Below, in pieces: positions 17,503 through 27,245 of a stretch of DNA of 64,000 nt. The stretch lies in NCBI GenBank assembly GCA_963716175.1, contig OY970296.1, forward strand, positions 1,152,001 to 1,216,000. The letters are read 5' to 3'. This stretch comes from an uncultured Armatimonadetes bacterium. Lineage in GTDB: Bacteria; Armatimonadota; Hebobacteria; Hebobacterales; Hebobacteraceae. Position numbers and translations under genes: made by a program. The notes beneath the pieces were generated by a model. That model did no database searches, was not told the origin of the DNA, and saw nothing but the letters and a program-made list of their open reading frames with translations. How positions within the stretch are numbered: the first letter of the stretch is position 1; every line of letters starts with the position of its first letter.

Positions 17503-18718
17503 GGAGCGCGCCTCGCAATGCCTCTTGCAGATCCTCGCCCCGCCTGATGGAGGCGGTGCGGGCGCCGGCCGCCTCCAGGGCGGCGGCCATGGTGGGCCGG
17601 GGAGCCCGGGGGTCGAAGCTGATGGCGTCGAGCAACACCGCGGCCACTTGGATCCGCAGCTCTCTCAGCAGCGCCACCACCCCGGAAAGGGCCGGGTCCG
17701 GCGCCGCGGTCACCACGCAGACCGCCGCTCCTGGCAGCAGGCGTCGGCCCGCCAGCTCCAAGGCCTCGGAGATGGGCATGACGCCATCGGCCTGCACCCG
17801 GGCGAGCAGCTCCAGGGCCTCGTACTCCTGATCCGATCGCTCCAGCTCCAACCAGTGAAAGCCCCCGGCGCTGTCGCAGGCGAGGATCGAGTGGCCCTGG
17901 CTCTGGAGCGTCCAGCGCACCAGGGAGGCGGCCACGCGCACGCCCACCTCCAGGGTGGTGTCGGCGCCAACGCCGAACTCGGTGCCGGCCCTGGTGTCCA
18001 GCAGCACCGCGAGGCTGCGGGAGGCGCCGCGCTCGAACTCGATCACGGTGAGCTGGTTGTGGTGGGCGGTGGCAGGCCAATGGATGCGCCGCAGCTCATC
18101 CCCGGGCTGATAGTCGCGAATCCCGTAGAAGTCCAACCCCGAATCCGAGGCGTGAGCGCGCTCTCCCGTGGAGATCCCCACGCCGGAAGCGGTCTCGGCC
18201 ATCTCGCCCGGGTTGAGGAGCACGGGCCGGGGATAGACGACGGCTTCCCCCATGGCCGGAAGACGCACGAAACGCTGGAAGATGCCGAATGGGTCGGAGA
18301 CAGAGACGCGGAGCGGCCCCAGGGGATAGACGCCGCGCTTGAGCCCGCGCGCCTGGTAGGAGAGCCTCACCCGCTCTCCCGGCCAGAGTGCGGGCAGGAC
18401 GAACTCGGGCACATGATCCGGGCGCAGGAACTCGGGAAGGGAGTCTATCACGGTGAGCAGGAAGCGCGGGAAGCGGCCGCGGTTGGTGAGCTCAGTGGCG
18501 ATGGTCAGGGGTTCGTGCTCGAAGACGCGATCGGCCGTCTGCCGGCGCCACTCCAGGGCGGAGGCGGAGAGGCGGGAGGTGGTATAGCTCACCAGCGCCA
18601 CCGCGAGCAAGGCGCCGACCATGAACTGCACTACTATGGCGTTGTAGACTAGCCCCACCAACGCCATGCCGGCGGCGCAGGTCAGCAGTGTGAGCAACTG
18701 GAAACTCATCGCCGTCAC
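17489..18718 (-). CDS. DUF58 domain protein
   Basis: RGVYPLGP..DPFG, DFYGIRDYQPGDELRRIHWPATA..VIEFE. Confidence 0.9.
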   Translation of the reverse strand: MTAMSFQLLTLLTCAAGMALVGLVYNAIVVQFMVGALLAVALVSYTTSRLSASALEWRRQTADRVFEHEPLTIATELTNRGRFPRFLLTVIDSLPEFLRPDHVPEFVLPALWPGERVRLSYQARGLKRGVYPLGPLRVSVSDPFGIFQRFVRLPAMGEAVVYPRPVLLNPGEMAETASGVGISTGERAHASDSGLDFYGIRDYQPGDELRRIHWPATAHHNQLTVIEFERGASRSLAVLLDTRAGTEFGVGADTTLEVGVRVAASLVRWTLQSQGHSILACDSAGGFHWLELERSDQEYEALELLARVQADGVMPISEALELAGRRLLPGAAVCVVTAAPDPALSGVVALLRELRIQVAAVLLDAISFDPRAPRPTMAAALEAAGARTASIRRGEDLQEALRGALLASD

Positions 18719-18733
18719 TCGGGCCGGATCACA

Positions 18734-18812
18734 CGGGCAGGTCAGGTGGCTAGGCCTGCTCCGCAGGCCGCCACCCCGGCCGCCGCAAGCGGCCTAGGGG
18801 GACCTACCCTAC
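18734..18812 (-). repeat. GTAG-tagged REP carrying a 54-bp bulged-hairpin dimer (18747-18800)
   Basis: CGGGCAGGTC...GACCTACCCTAC outer stem abutting the lysA stop; compare the empty REP at 20141-20165. Confidence 0.7.
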
Positions 18813-20125
18813 TACTTGCGGAGGCGGGCGGGCACGCGGTCGCAGCGCACCAAGTCGGCCAGGCTCTCTCGCCGCACGATGAGGTGGGCCCGTCCGCCCG
18901 AGACCAGCGCCACCGCCGGCCGGGGCAGGCGGTTGTAATTGCTGGCCATAGAGTAATTGTACGCCCCCGTGGTCTGAACTGCCAAGATGTCCCCGGGGGC
19001 AATGTCGGGTGTCTGCAACTCTGCAATCAGAGTATCTGTCTCGCAGTGCTTGCCCGACACCGTCACCGTCTGGGTGAGCGGCCGGTTCGCCTTGTTCGCC
19101 ACGATCGCGCTGTACTTGGCATCATAGAGCGCGGGCCGCGGGTTGTCCGAGAGGCCTCCGTCCACGGACACATAAGTGCGCACCCCCGGGATGTGCTTGA
19201 CCACGCCAATGGTGTAGAGGGTGGTGCCGGCCTCTCCCACCAACCTCCGCCCGGGCTCCTGGATGAGGCGCGGCAGGGGTAAGGCCAGCTTCTCACAGCG
19301 GGCACGCACGGTGCTGGTCACCGCCTCCGCGAAATCATCGATCGATGGCGGCTGATCCCCGGGCCGGTAGCGCACGCCCATGCCCCCACCCAGGTCGAGA
19401 TCCTCGAGCACCACCCCGAACGTGTCTCGCACCTCCCCCGCGAACTCCAGCATCATCTCGGCCGCCTGGCGGAATGGCTCCAGGTCGAGGATCTGAGAGC
19501 CGATGTGGCAGTTGATGCCGCGCAGGCGCAGATTCGGCGCCTTCAGCGCCTTGGCCACCGCTTCCGTTGCCGCCCCACCCGCGATGCTGAACCCGAACTT
19601 GGTGTCCAGCTTGCCGGTCTGGATGCGGGTGTGGGTATTGGCCGTCACCCCCGGAGACACTCGCACCAAGACATCAACGGTGGCGTCGCGTTCCCGCGCC
19701 ACCTCTTGCAGGGCAGCAATCTCCTCCAGGTTGTCCACCCCCACTCGGCCCACCCGGCTCGCCACCGCCATCTCCAGCTCTGCCCGCGACTTGTTGCTGC
19801 CATGCATCAAGATGCGCTCCGATGGGAAGCCCGACTTGAGGCCGGTGTGGAGCTCGCCCCCGGAGGACACGTCCAGGCCCAGGCCCTCCTGCTCGACGAT
19901 GCGGCAGACTCCCATGGTCATGAAGGCCTTGCCGGAGAAGGAGATATGCACTTTCGGGTAGCGCGACTCGAAGGCGCGGCGGTAGTCGCGGCAGCTCTGA
20001 CGCAGGCAGTCTTCATCCAGCACGTACAGCGGGGTGCCGAAGCGCCGCGCCAGCTTGACGGCGTCGCAGCCGCCGATCTCGAGCGCGCCCTGGCCATTGA
20101 TCCGCTGCGTCCCCAACAGCATCAT
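18812..20125 (-). CDS. lysA: Diaminopimelate decarboxylase
   Basis: FGTPLYVLDE, PLP lysine in SGKAF, KFG, HIGSQI, DLGGG, EPGR, CETD, GAYNYSMASNYN; AGGAGG SD. Confidence 0.95.
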   Translation of the reverse strand: MMLLGTQRINGQGALEIGGCDAVKLARRFGTPLYVLDEDCLRQSCRDYRRAFESRYPKVHISFSGKAFMTMGVCRIVEQEGLGLDVSSGGELHTGLKSGFPSERILMHGSNKSRAELEMAVASRVGRVGVDNLEEIAALQEVARERDATVDVLVRVSPGVTANTHTRIQTGKLDTKFGFSIAGGAATEAVAKALKAPNLRLRGINCHIGSQILDLEPFRQAAEMMLEFAGEVRDTFGVVLEDLDLGGGMGVRYRPGDQPPSIDDFAEAVTSTVRARCEKLALPLPRLIQEPGRRLVGEAGTTLYTIGVVKHIPGVRTYVSVDGGLSDNPRPALYDAKYSAIVANKANRPLTQTVTVSGKHCETDTLIAELQTPDIAPGDILAVQTTGAYNYSMASNYNRLPRPAVALVSGGRAHLIVRRESLADLVRCDRVPARLRK

Positions 20126-20140
20126 CTTCGCCTCCTGTCA

Positions 20141-20165
20141 CGGGCAGGCCGCGGGCCTGCCCTAC
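20141..20165 (-). repeat. GTAG-tagged REP in the lysA 5' UTR
   Basis: GTAGGGCAGGCCCGCGGCCTGCCCG on the minus strand. Confidence 0.65.
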
Positions 20166-20172
20166 GAACGGA

Positions 20173-20206
20173 CAGCGCCAGACACCTGGTTCAGGGTCTG
20201 GCGCCG
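20173..20206 (-). terminator. Attenuator hairpin in the lysA leader (weak U-tract)
   Basis: CGGCGCCAGAC...GTCTGGCGCTG stem between the leader ORF and lysA. Confidence 0.6.
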
Positions 20207-20232
20207 TGGTTCCCGTCAACTGTCGGAGATCG

Positions 20233-20313
20233 TCAACTGGACGCGAGCACACGAACGCCAGCCAGGCGCTTGGCCTTGGTAGTCATCATGCCCTGGTCCA
20301 CGATGGCGGTCAT
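20233..20313 (-). CDS. Putative lysA leader peptide MTAIVDQGMMTTKAKRLAGVRVLASS (26 aa)
   Basis: AGGA SD-like sequence, ATG 20313, TGA 20233; lies directly after a promoter; cluster of Met/Thr/Lys codons. Confidence 0.65.
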   Translation of the reverse strand: MTAIVDQGMMTTKAKRLAGVRVLASS

Positions 20314-20336
20314 GCGATCTCAGTCCTGTCACGCAC

Positions 20337-20365
20337 ATGATAGCCGGTGGCGGCGGAGAAGTCAA
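20337..20365 (-). promoter_or_regulatory. sigma70-type promoter of the lysA leader
   Basis: TTGACT-17 bp-TATCAT. Confidence 0.75.
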
Positions 20366-20372
20366 TGCTGGC

Positions 20373-21027
20373 TCACCGGCCACTCAGGTCCGGCCTCAGG
20401 AGCCTGGTCAGGGTCTCGATTTCTGCGGGCTCGCCATCCAGCACCACCGCGCGGCAGGGGGCGGTGCAAACACGCTCGATCAGCAGCGGGAGCACGACGA
20501 GAAAGACTCGCGAATGGATGATCTGCTCGATATGCTGCACCTCCGCGAGGATGGGGATGTCGGCCCGGAATAGCTGGACAAAGATGCCGGTGGGGTTGGT
20601 GAAACCGGTGTCGTAGCGCGGCAGGGTGGCGGCGAGCAGAGACAGCTTGCTCTCAGCCATCCAGGCGCCGCAGCTTCGCGCAAAGTGACGGTCGCTTCTG
20701 CCGCCGGTGTCCACGATCAGCGCCTCCCCAGGGCGGGCCGCTTCGGCGAGGGCGTCGGTCAGCTCGTCCTCATGGATCGCCCCTCCCCGCGCGGTCGAGC
20801 CGCGCGATCGAGGCTGGCAGGAAGAGCTGCTGCACCGGTACATCGCAGGTCATGGTGCCCCCGCGGAAGAGGTGGGCGGAAGCCTCGTAGTAGCAGCCCT
20901 GGTGGGAGCGGAACTCGAACCGGTACTCCTCGCAGAGGTGACCTTCGTAGCTGGGAAGCTGGGCCGGCACCTCGCAGGTGATCTGCTCGCCCGCCCGCAG
21001 CGGCTTGGAGATGTCTATCATGCGCAT
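20373..21027 (-). CDS. Cyclase/kynurenine-formamidase-like metal hydrolase; +1 frameshift near 20785
   Basis: MIDISKPL...SHQGCYYEASAHL joins GAIHEDEL...DIPILAE...VLPLLI..VCTAPCRAV across a G run. Confidence 0.65.
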
Positions 21028-21040
21028 GGTGAGCGCTGCC

Positions 21041-22519
21041 TCAACTGGAGTCCATCAACCTCCAGAAGCCTTCCACGAGTTCCCGAAAGCCGGGCCCGCC
21101 GGGGCCGGTGGCCACCACCACTCGCCCCGAGAAGGACCGGCACCGGAAGATGGAGAGCAGCTCCTTCACCTCGCCATGGCCCCGGCCCGGCAGCGTGTAC
21201 TCACCTCCGAAAGTGGCGTCGGAGAGATAGAGCAGGCCGACATATCGCCGGAACGGGCCGTGGTTGATGATGTCCAGGAAGGGCTTCTCCCCCACCAGCG
21301 CGAAGGCCGCGGGGTTGAAGGCGACCATCGGGCACGCCGGCGCGCTCGCCAGCAACTGGAGACACAGGGCCGAGGGAAAGGAGGTGTTCTCGAAGAGCAT
21401 CTCCAGCCCGCGCTGGGCCGCGGCCTCCAGGAAGGGGATGGGGTCCGGTGGGAAGGCCGCGATGGCGGCCTTGGCGCCGGCGGCCGCCACCAGGTCGAGG
21501 CTGTGATCGAGAGCCGAAAGGTCTGCGGGAACGTGGACGGCCCCGACCGCTAGGCCCTCGCTGGCGAAGGTGGCCACGGCCCGTGTCAGCCGCGCTTCGC
21601 GGACCGCCCACACGGGCTGTCCGTAGAGCCGGTCCAAGACCAGATCGTAGATGCCGGCGCGGTTCAGCTCGTAGGCGATCTCGTCGGGATAGGAGGAAAC
21701 GGAGGAGGCGAGGGCGCTGAGTCTGAAGGCCTCTTGCTGCAGCCTGGCGAGACGGATCTTCCGGCGCTGCATCACACAGGCATCGCAGTTCGGGTTGTCG
21801 CAGAGCACCAGCGCGGGATCATCCCGGAACGCCGCCAGCATCACATCGTGCATCTTCCTGGCATCCACCAGGCGCGACCTCGCGCGGCCCACCTTGCCGA
21901 CTCCCTCGACTCCCTCCTTCTGGAACAGGGGGTCGAGGCCGATGAAGTCGCGGTGGGGGCCAGGCTGAAGGGTAAGCTTGATGGTCTGCACCTTGCCCTC
22001 GGCATCGTAGTAGCTGGCCTCGACGTCGCTGAGGTAAGGCGCCTGGGCATACGCCTCCAGGGTGTGCATGGTGGTGCTGCGGTCGTGGTCAACCCCGAGG
22101 AGCAGGATCTTCCCACCCAGCGTGATCAAGCGGCCGAACGGAGTATCGCGGCCGCAGGCCGTGGGACTCTTCAGGTGGTCCGCGACCAAGTCCGCCGCCC
22201 GCGCTCCCAGTGCCGTCACGGGATGAGTGGGATGGAAGCCGTGGACCACATCGGGGCGCTGGCGGAAGGTCTCAGGGATCACCCCCACCACCGAGGGGAG
22301 ATCCGGGTCATAGGGCCGCGACCAGTTGAAGGCCGGCATCACCAGCGTCCCGGCGCGGGTCAACACTTCGAGCAGGGCCTCGATCACCGCAGCCGCTCCT
22401 CCCTCCACCCGGCCGATGCTCGAGAGCGAGCTGTGCACCAGCACGATGTCCCCCGTCTCCAGTCCCAGCTTCCTTAAGTCTGCCACGATCTGAGCTTTGG
22501 TCACCACCTGCTCCGCCAT
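21041..22519 (-). CDS. AAC(3)-family N-acetyltransferase fused to a sugar-phosphate isomerase-like TIM barrel
   Basis: GDIVLVHSSLSSIG..GTLVMP..HPTH..GKILLLGV..TTMH.LE; C-terminal LFEN..FNPAAF..LYLSDA..PGRGHGEVKEL. Confidence 0.8.
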   Translation of the reverse strand: MAEQVVTKAQIVADLRKLGLETGDIVLVHSSLSSIGRVEGGAAAVIEALLEVLTRAGTLVMPAFNWSRPYDPDLPSVVGVIPETFRQRPDVVHGFHPTHPVTALGARAADLVADHLKSPTACGRDTPFGRLITLGGKILLLGVDHDRSTTMHTLEAYAQAPYLSDVEASYYDAEGKVQTIKLTLQPGPHRDFIGLDPLFQKEGVEGVGKVGRARSRLVDARKMHDVMLAAFRDDPALVLCDNPNCDACVMQRRKIRLARLQQEAFRLSALASSVSSYPDEIAYELNRAGIYDLVLDRLYGQPVWAVREARLTRAVATFASEGLAVGAVHVPADLSALDHSLDLVAAAGAKAAIAAFPPDPIPFLEAAAQRGLEMLFENTSFPSALCLQLLASAPACPMVAFNPAAFALVGEKPFLDIINHGPFRRYVGLLYLSDATFGGEYTLPGRGHGEVKELLSIFRCRSFSGRVVVATGPGGPGFRELVEGFWRLMDSS

Positions 22520-22650
22520 GCTCGCGCTCCCGGGCCCGACTCACCACAAGACGAAGGCCCAGGAGTAGATTCCGGGTCGGCAGAGGTGCAACCTCCTGGG
22601 GGCTGCTGCCAGCAGGGACTGGCCGGCAGGCGAGGAATCTGTTCCTTGCC

Positions 22651-25194
22651 ATGGCGGCAAGGGCAGGGGGCGTCTGCTGGATCGGGCTGTTCTGCGCCGT
22701 CTCGCTTCCGTTCGCGGCTCATGCTGCACTCGCTGCACAGGTGGGCCGAGGGCAGGACCACGCGCCGGGCCAGGTGCTGGTGCGGCTGCGGGAGCGGCTC
22801 TCTGATGAAGCGCGCCGGAGAGTGTGGGCCGCGCATGGCCTGAATCACATCGTCTCCCTTCCCGCTCTGGGCGTTGACCTGCTGGCCTCCCCGAACCGCC
22901 CCTCCGATGGAGTGCCGGCCGAGCTGGCGGCCTCGTCAGCGGTGGAGTGGGCGGAGCCGAACTACCTCTGCCGGCCCGCGCTGGCGGAGCCGAACGATCC
23001 TGCTTACCACGAGATGATCGCAGGCCGGTGGGTGCAGTGGCCGGCGCATCAGCTAGACATGATGGCGGCCTGGGACAGTTACCCCGCGGACTACCTCACC
23101 GCCTCCAACCGGCCCCAGACGGGGCCGATAGTGGCAATCGTAGACACCGGGGTGGACCCTGGTCATCCCGATTTCATGAACGTGGGCGCGACCGGAACCG
23201 ATGTGGCGCAGGGAGGACAGCTCTTGCTCTCACAGGCCTGCACCTTCCTCTCCGGCCAAAGCAACGACCTGGCGCCGGAGGCCACCGATGAGCATGGACA
23301 CGGGACTTATCTCGCCGGGCTGGTCGCGGCGGCCGCGAACAACGGCATCACCGCCGGCGATGGCATTGCGGGGATCGCCTACACCGCGCGGCTGCTTCCC
23401 CTCAAGGTGGCGCGGGCGAATGGGGTGGCCATGCATGCGGACGTGGCGCGCGCGATCATATACGCCGCGGATCAGGGCGCGATGGTGATCCTGATCGGGA
23501 TGGAAGCTGAGACCTGGTCGCAGACCTTGCAGTCGGCCGTGGATTACGCCTGGAATCGCGGCTGCTTCCTGGCGGCGCCGGCCGGAAACACCAGCGACAG
23601 CACGCCCATCTTCCCCGCGAGCTGCCCGCATGTGTTCGGGGTAGCGGCGGCCACCGCCGATGGTCGAGTGGCCGCTTACTCGACCCGCGGGCGGGCGGCA
23701 CTGGCGGGCCCTGGCGGCGACGAGACGATCGGCATCTATTCGACGCTCCCGACCTATGCTTGCACGCTGCGGAGCGATCTCACCACCCCGGCCTACGGCT
23801 GGCTGATGGGCACCTCACAGGCGGCCGCGCATGTGGCCGGGGCGGCGGCGCTGCGTGCCGGCAGCGTCGGGCTGGCGCCGGCGACTGGGGACGAGGGCGG
23901 GCTGATCTGGCAGGCCCTGCAGCAGAGCGCGACCGCACTGACAGACACCGCCCTCGGAGGCTGGGAGGAGACCGCGGGCTACGGGCTGCTGGCGCCGGCA
24001 ACTCTGCTCACCGGCGAGGGCCGCCGCGCGGCGAGTGTGGGCGGGATCGTAGGGCGGGTGTTGTCGGCAGGGAGCCCGGTGATCGGAGCGCCCGTGACGG
24101 CCACTCCGGAAGGGCCCGGGCAGCCGGTCACGGTGACCACGGAGTGGCCGGCCGGGGGATACCGTATGGCAAATGCGGCGCCCGGACGCTATCAGGTGAC
24201 GGCGGAGGCCGGAGGGAATACGGGGGTGTGGGAACGGGCGAACGTGCGGGCCGGCTGCGATGCCCCGGGGGTGGATTTCAGGCTGGGCAGCCTCTCCTCA
24301 GACGCGGCCTTGCTGGAGGCTGAGATACCCACGGCCGCGCGGTGCGCAAGCCAGATGCCGATGCGTGTCAGCTTCGCCAACACCGGGGCTTCCACCTGGA
24401 CCCGGAGCCAAGGCTACCAACTGGTGCAGGTGGCGAGCGATCATCCTCTGTGCGAGGACCCCGATCACGTGAACCTGTCGCCGGCGGTGGAGGTGGCCCC
24501 AGGGGCGTCAGCCGCCTTCGACTCCGACCTGCCGACGCCCGGGGCCTGGGGCTTCTACACCACAGCCTGGCGCCTGTCCCAGCAGGGCGGGGTGGGGTGG
24601 TTCGGACCGGTGGTGAGCGGGACCATCAGTGTGACTTCTTTCCTGGACATCGCGGCGGATCACTGGGCGGTGGCGGCGATCGAAGCCGCGCACCAGGCCG
24701 GGGTGGTGCAGGGCTATGGGGGGGATCTCTATCATCCAGAGTGGCCGGTGTCGCGGGATCAGATGGCGGTCTACATCTCGCGCGCGCTGGCGGGAGGCGA
24801 TGCCCACGTGCCGGCCGGCCCTGCGGCCGCGAGCTTCACGGACGTGCCCAGCGAGCACTGGGCGTACCGGTATGTGGAGTACGCCGTGGGCCACGGCGTG
24901 GTCGAGGGCTATGACTCCACACACTACCGCCCGGAGCTGGTGGTGGATCGGGGCCAGATGGCTGTGTTCGTGGCTCGGGCCCAGGCCTGGGTGAAGATCG
25001 GCGATGACATGACCACCGCCCCCGAACTCTTCTCTGATGTGCCGGCTGGTTTCTGGGCGGGCACGGCGATCAAAGCCTGTGTGGACCACGCGGTGGTCCA
25101 GGGCTACCTGGACGGCCTCTACCATCCCGGTGACACGGTGACCCGAGACCAGATGGCGGTGTACGTGGCGAGGGCCTTTGAGCTGGCGATGTAG
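22651..25194 (+). CDS. Secreted S8 subtilase with carboxypeptidase-regulatory-like, Ig-like and three SLH domains
   Basis: Triad IVDTG / HGHGT / GTSQAA; SLH repeats FxDV...HWA...GVVQGY...TRDQMA. Confidence 0.9.
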   Translation: MAARAGGVCWIGLFCAVSLPFAAHAALAAQVGRGQDHAPGQVLVRLRERLSDEARRRVWAAHGLNHIVSLPALGVDLLASPNRPSDGVPAELAASSAVEWAEPNYLCRPALAEPNDPAYHEMIAGRWVQWPAHQLDMMAAWDSYPADYLTASNRPQTGPIVAIVDTGVDPGHPDFMNVGATGTDVAQGGQLLLSQACTFLSGQSNDLAPEATDEHGHGTYLAGLVAAAANNGITAGDGIAGIAYTARLLPLKVARANGVAMHADVARAIIYAADQGAMVILIGMEAETWSQTLQSAVDYAWNRGCFLAAPAGNTSDSTPIFPASCPHVFGVAAATADGRVAAYSTRGRAALAGPGGDETIGIYSTLPTYACTLRSDLTTPAYGWLMGTSQAAAHVAGAAALRAGSVGLAPATGDEGGLIWQALQQSATALTDTALGGWEETAGYGLLAPATLLTGEGRRAASVGGIVGRVLSAGSPVIGAPVTATPEGPGQPVTVTTEWPAGGYRMANAAPGRYQVTAEAGGNTGVWERANVRAGCDAPGVDFRLGSLSSDAALLEAEIPTAARCASQMPMRVSFANTGASTWTRSQGYQLVQVASDHPLCEDPDHVNLSPAVEVAPGASAAFDSDLPTPGAWGFYTTAWRLSQQGGVGWFGPVVSGTISVTSFLDIAADHWAVAAIEAAHQAGVVQGYGGDLYHPEWPVSRDQMAVYISRALAGGDAHVPAGPAAASFTDVPSEHWAYRYVEYAVGHGVVEGYDSTHYRPELVVDRGQMAVFVARAQAWVKIGDDMTTAPELFSDVPAGFWAGTAIKACVDHAVVQGYLDGLYHPGDTVTRDQMAVYVARAFELAM

Positions 25195-25334
25195 CGGAGA
25201 AGGGCACCAAGCGAACTCCTGCCCAAAGACCATCCTACCCCCGCCGCCGCGGAATGTGAAGGGGGCGGGATGATCGCAGAGCGCTCGGGGTAGGTTTGGT
25301 GCCGGGAGACCCGGCAATGTGTGCTGTGCCGGCG

Positions 25335-27014
25335 TCATGGTGGGAGCAGCTTCAGCCCGTAGTAGGCGACTTCCCCGCGCTCAATGATGGCTTGGTTGCG
25401 CTCAGCTAGGATTCCGGCTGCCTGGGCGGTCGGAACGGCCAGCAGCAGACAAGCCAGCGAGAGAACTGCCGTCAGGGGCAAGAGCAGGGACAGCAATGTC
25501 CCCAGATAGTAACCCATCAGACCCGCGCGCTTCTCCTCGAGCCGGTGGCGATAGGCCACAACGATCACGAATAGCGATATGAGGATCGCGGGGAGACCGA
25601 TGACCACGGAGTACGCACCCCACGGGCGTTCGCCCAGGCCCACACGGTACTCGTTGACGCCAAGCTCCTTGAATAACCCGGACAACTCGCGGATCGTTCT
25701 CACATGGGATGAGAGTTGGGCGCCGGTCCACACCAGGCCGACCAGGAAGACCACAGCAGAGCAGAGCGCGACGACCAACACCCAGCGCCAAGCTGGCCAC
25801 TGGATCGGGATCACCGGACGGCGCGAAGGCTTCATCACGAGTGCGCCCAGCCCCAAGAGCAGAAGCAACCCCAGGGCCCCGGCAAGAGCTACAGATAGGT
25901 GGCCCAGAATCGCCGCCATGCGTGGGTAATCGGCGTACTCGCGTGCCTCCACGGCCTGCAATTGCTTGACCCGGTCGTGCGCTGGGCGCATCTCCCTGCC
26001 AGACTGCCAGAACCAGTCAGCTAGGTCAGGCCGTCCGTGCTGGCGCAGATAGACCGAGATCGCGGCTCCTGTCTCGCCCTCCGTGTTGAGCTCCTCACGA
26101 CCGCGAGCTGCTGCCGGTACCGGCTGCTTGGGGTCCCAGCCGCTGGCCATCGCTGCAACCGTGATGGCGGCGGTTGCACCTATGAGACCGTAGGCGTTGC
26201 TCGACATGAGCCGCGCCATGTGCGCCAGAGTCTGGCGCAGGAAGATCCCCCGCTTGTGGTCGCCGTGCCGTGCCGCCAGCATCGACATGCCAGTCAGGAC
26301 CTCAGAGAGTTCGAGTAGGGCAGTCTCGCTGCCGCTACCCCACTCGCGGGCAAACTGAGATGCCTCCAAGCGAGGCAATGCACGCCGCAGGGTCTCAGAT
26401 ACCGCGGCCTCTAGATCGTGGTGATAGAGGCTCCACCCGTGCTTCTCGGTCGCCGACCGGAGAAGCGTCATGGCGTCTGTATCTCGGTGTTCAGCGAGAG
26501 CGAGGTAGGCGCGGAGGTAATCGACTGCAGCATTCGCGGAGTCACGCTCGCCGGCCCGGTACAACGCCTGGTCCACCTTGGCGGCGAGGGCTTCCTGCTC
26601 AGGGTCGAGACGCGCGCTCTTCGCGCCGTATGTGTCCTCGCCGTAGACAGCGTTGAGCTCCCTCCTGTCCAGGCGGACTTCTCCTATGACGCGGCTCGCG
26701 TAGACCCAGTGCGGAACGGCGCTTTTTGGGGAAAGGGCCGCGGCGCGAGCGTACGCGCGGTCGCGATCAGCGGCAGTCACCTTCCCTCCAGCAGGAGCCC
26801 AGCATGCCGCCAGCCAAGCGCTCGCGTCACCGGGCCGACGGTCTGCCAAGGCCATGAAATCGATGTCCCACGTCAGCTCTGGGCGAAAGGGCGCTGTCAA
26901 GCGCTCACGCAGAGGCGGTACTGCCACTGCGACCATAAGCGTGCCAGCGAGAACCAGCAGCGATATCGCGTTCAGCGACCGGGCGCGCATGGACACTCTG
27001 TCGGCACGTAGCAC
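25335..27014 (-). CDS. Hypothetical membrane protein (N-terminal anchor, helical ectodomain, several C-terminal TM helices)
   Basis: 559-aa ORF with hydrophobic segments; start may be the second Met; no family recognised. Confidence 0.65.
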   Translation of the reverse strand: MLRADRVSMRARSLNAISLLVLAGTLMVAVAVPPLRERLTAPFRPELTWDIDFMALADRRPGDASAWLAACWAPAGGKVTAADRDRAYARAAALSPKSAVPHWVYASRVIGEVRLDRRELNAVYGEDTYGAKSARLDPEQEALAAKVDQALYRAGERDSANAAVDYLRAYLALAEHRDTDAMTLLRSATEKHGWSLYHHDLEAAVSETLRRALPRLEASQFAREWGSGSETALLELSEVLTGMSMLAARHGDHKRGIFLRQTLAHMARLMSSNAYGLIGATAAITVAAMASGWDPKQPVPAAARGREELNTEGETGAAISVYLRQHGRPDLADWFWQSGREMRPAHDRVKQLQAVEAREYADYPRMAAILGHLSVALAGALGLLLLLGLGALVMKPSRRPVIPIQWPAWRWVLVVALCSAVVFLVGLVWTGAQLSSHVRTIRELSGLFKELGVNEYRVGLGERPWGAYSVVIGLPAILISLFVIVVAYRHRLEEKRAGLMGYYLGTLLSLLLPLTAVLSLACLLLAVPTAQAAGILAERNQAIIERGEVAYYGLKLLPP

Positions 27015-27245
27015 TGCGCCATGGGATCCCTCAACCTGGCGCTCGGAAAGACCCTCCCCATTCTACCGCCGCCGCCGGGGAATGGGAAGACGTTAGCCAC
27101 CTGACTGAGCCCAGACGCCGAAGCCTGCACCGGTTCCTGGCATTTCTTCTTTCGGCACGAGAGTCCAGAAGGCCCGCAGCGGCTCAAGCCCCCTCTCCGC
27201 ACCGACCGGCACTGCTATGCTTCTTCGGGCTGCCGATGTGAGAGT

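Noticed and set aside
20130-20340. Lysine riboswitch or T-box upstream of lysA
   Set aside because: L-box (AGAGG start) and T-box (GGTGGNACCGCG) signatures not found; the leader ORF explains the region better
25335-27014. Genomic island around the hypothetical membrane gene
   Set aside because: Looks slightly less GC-rich by eye, but no integrase, att site or tRNA; not quantified
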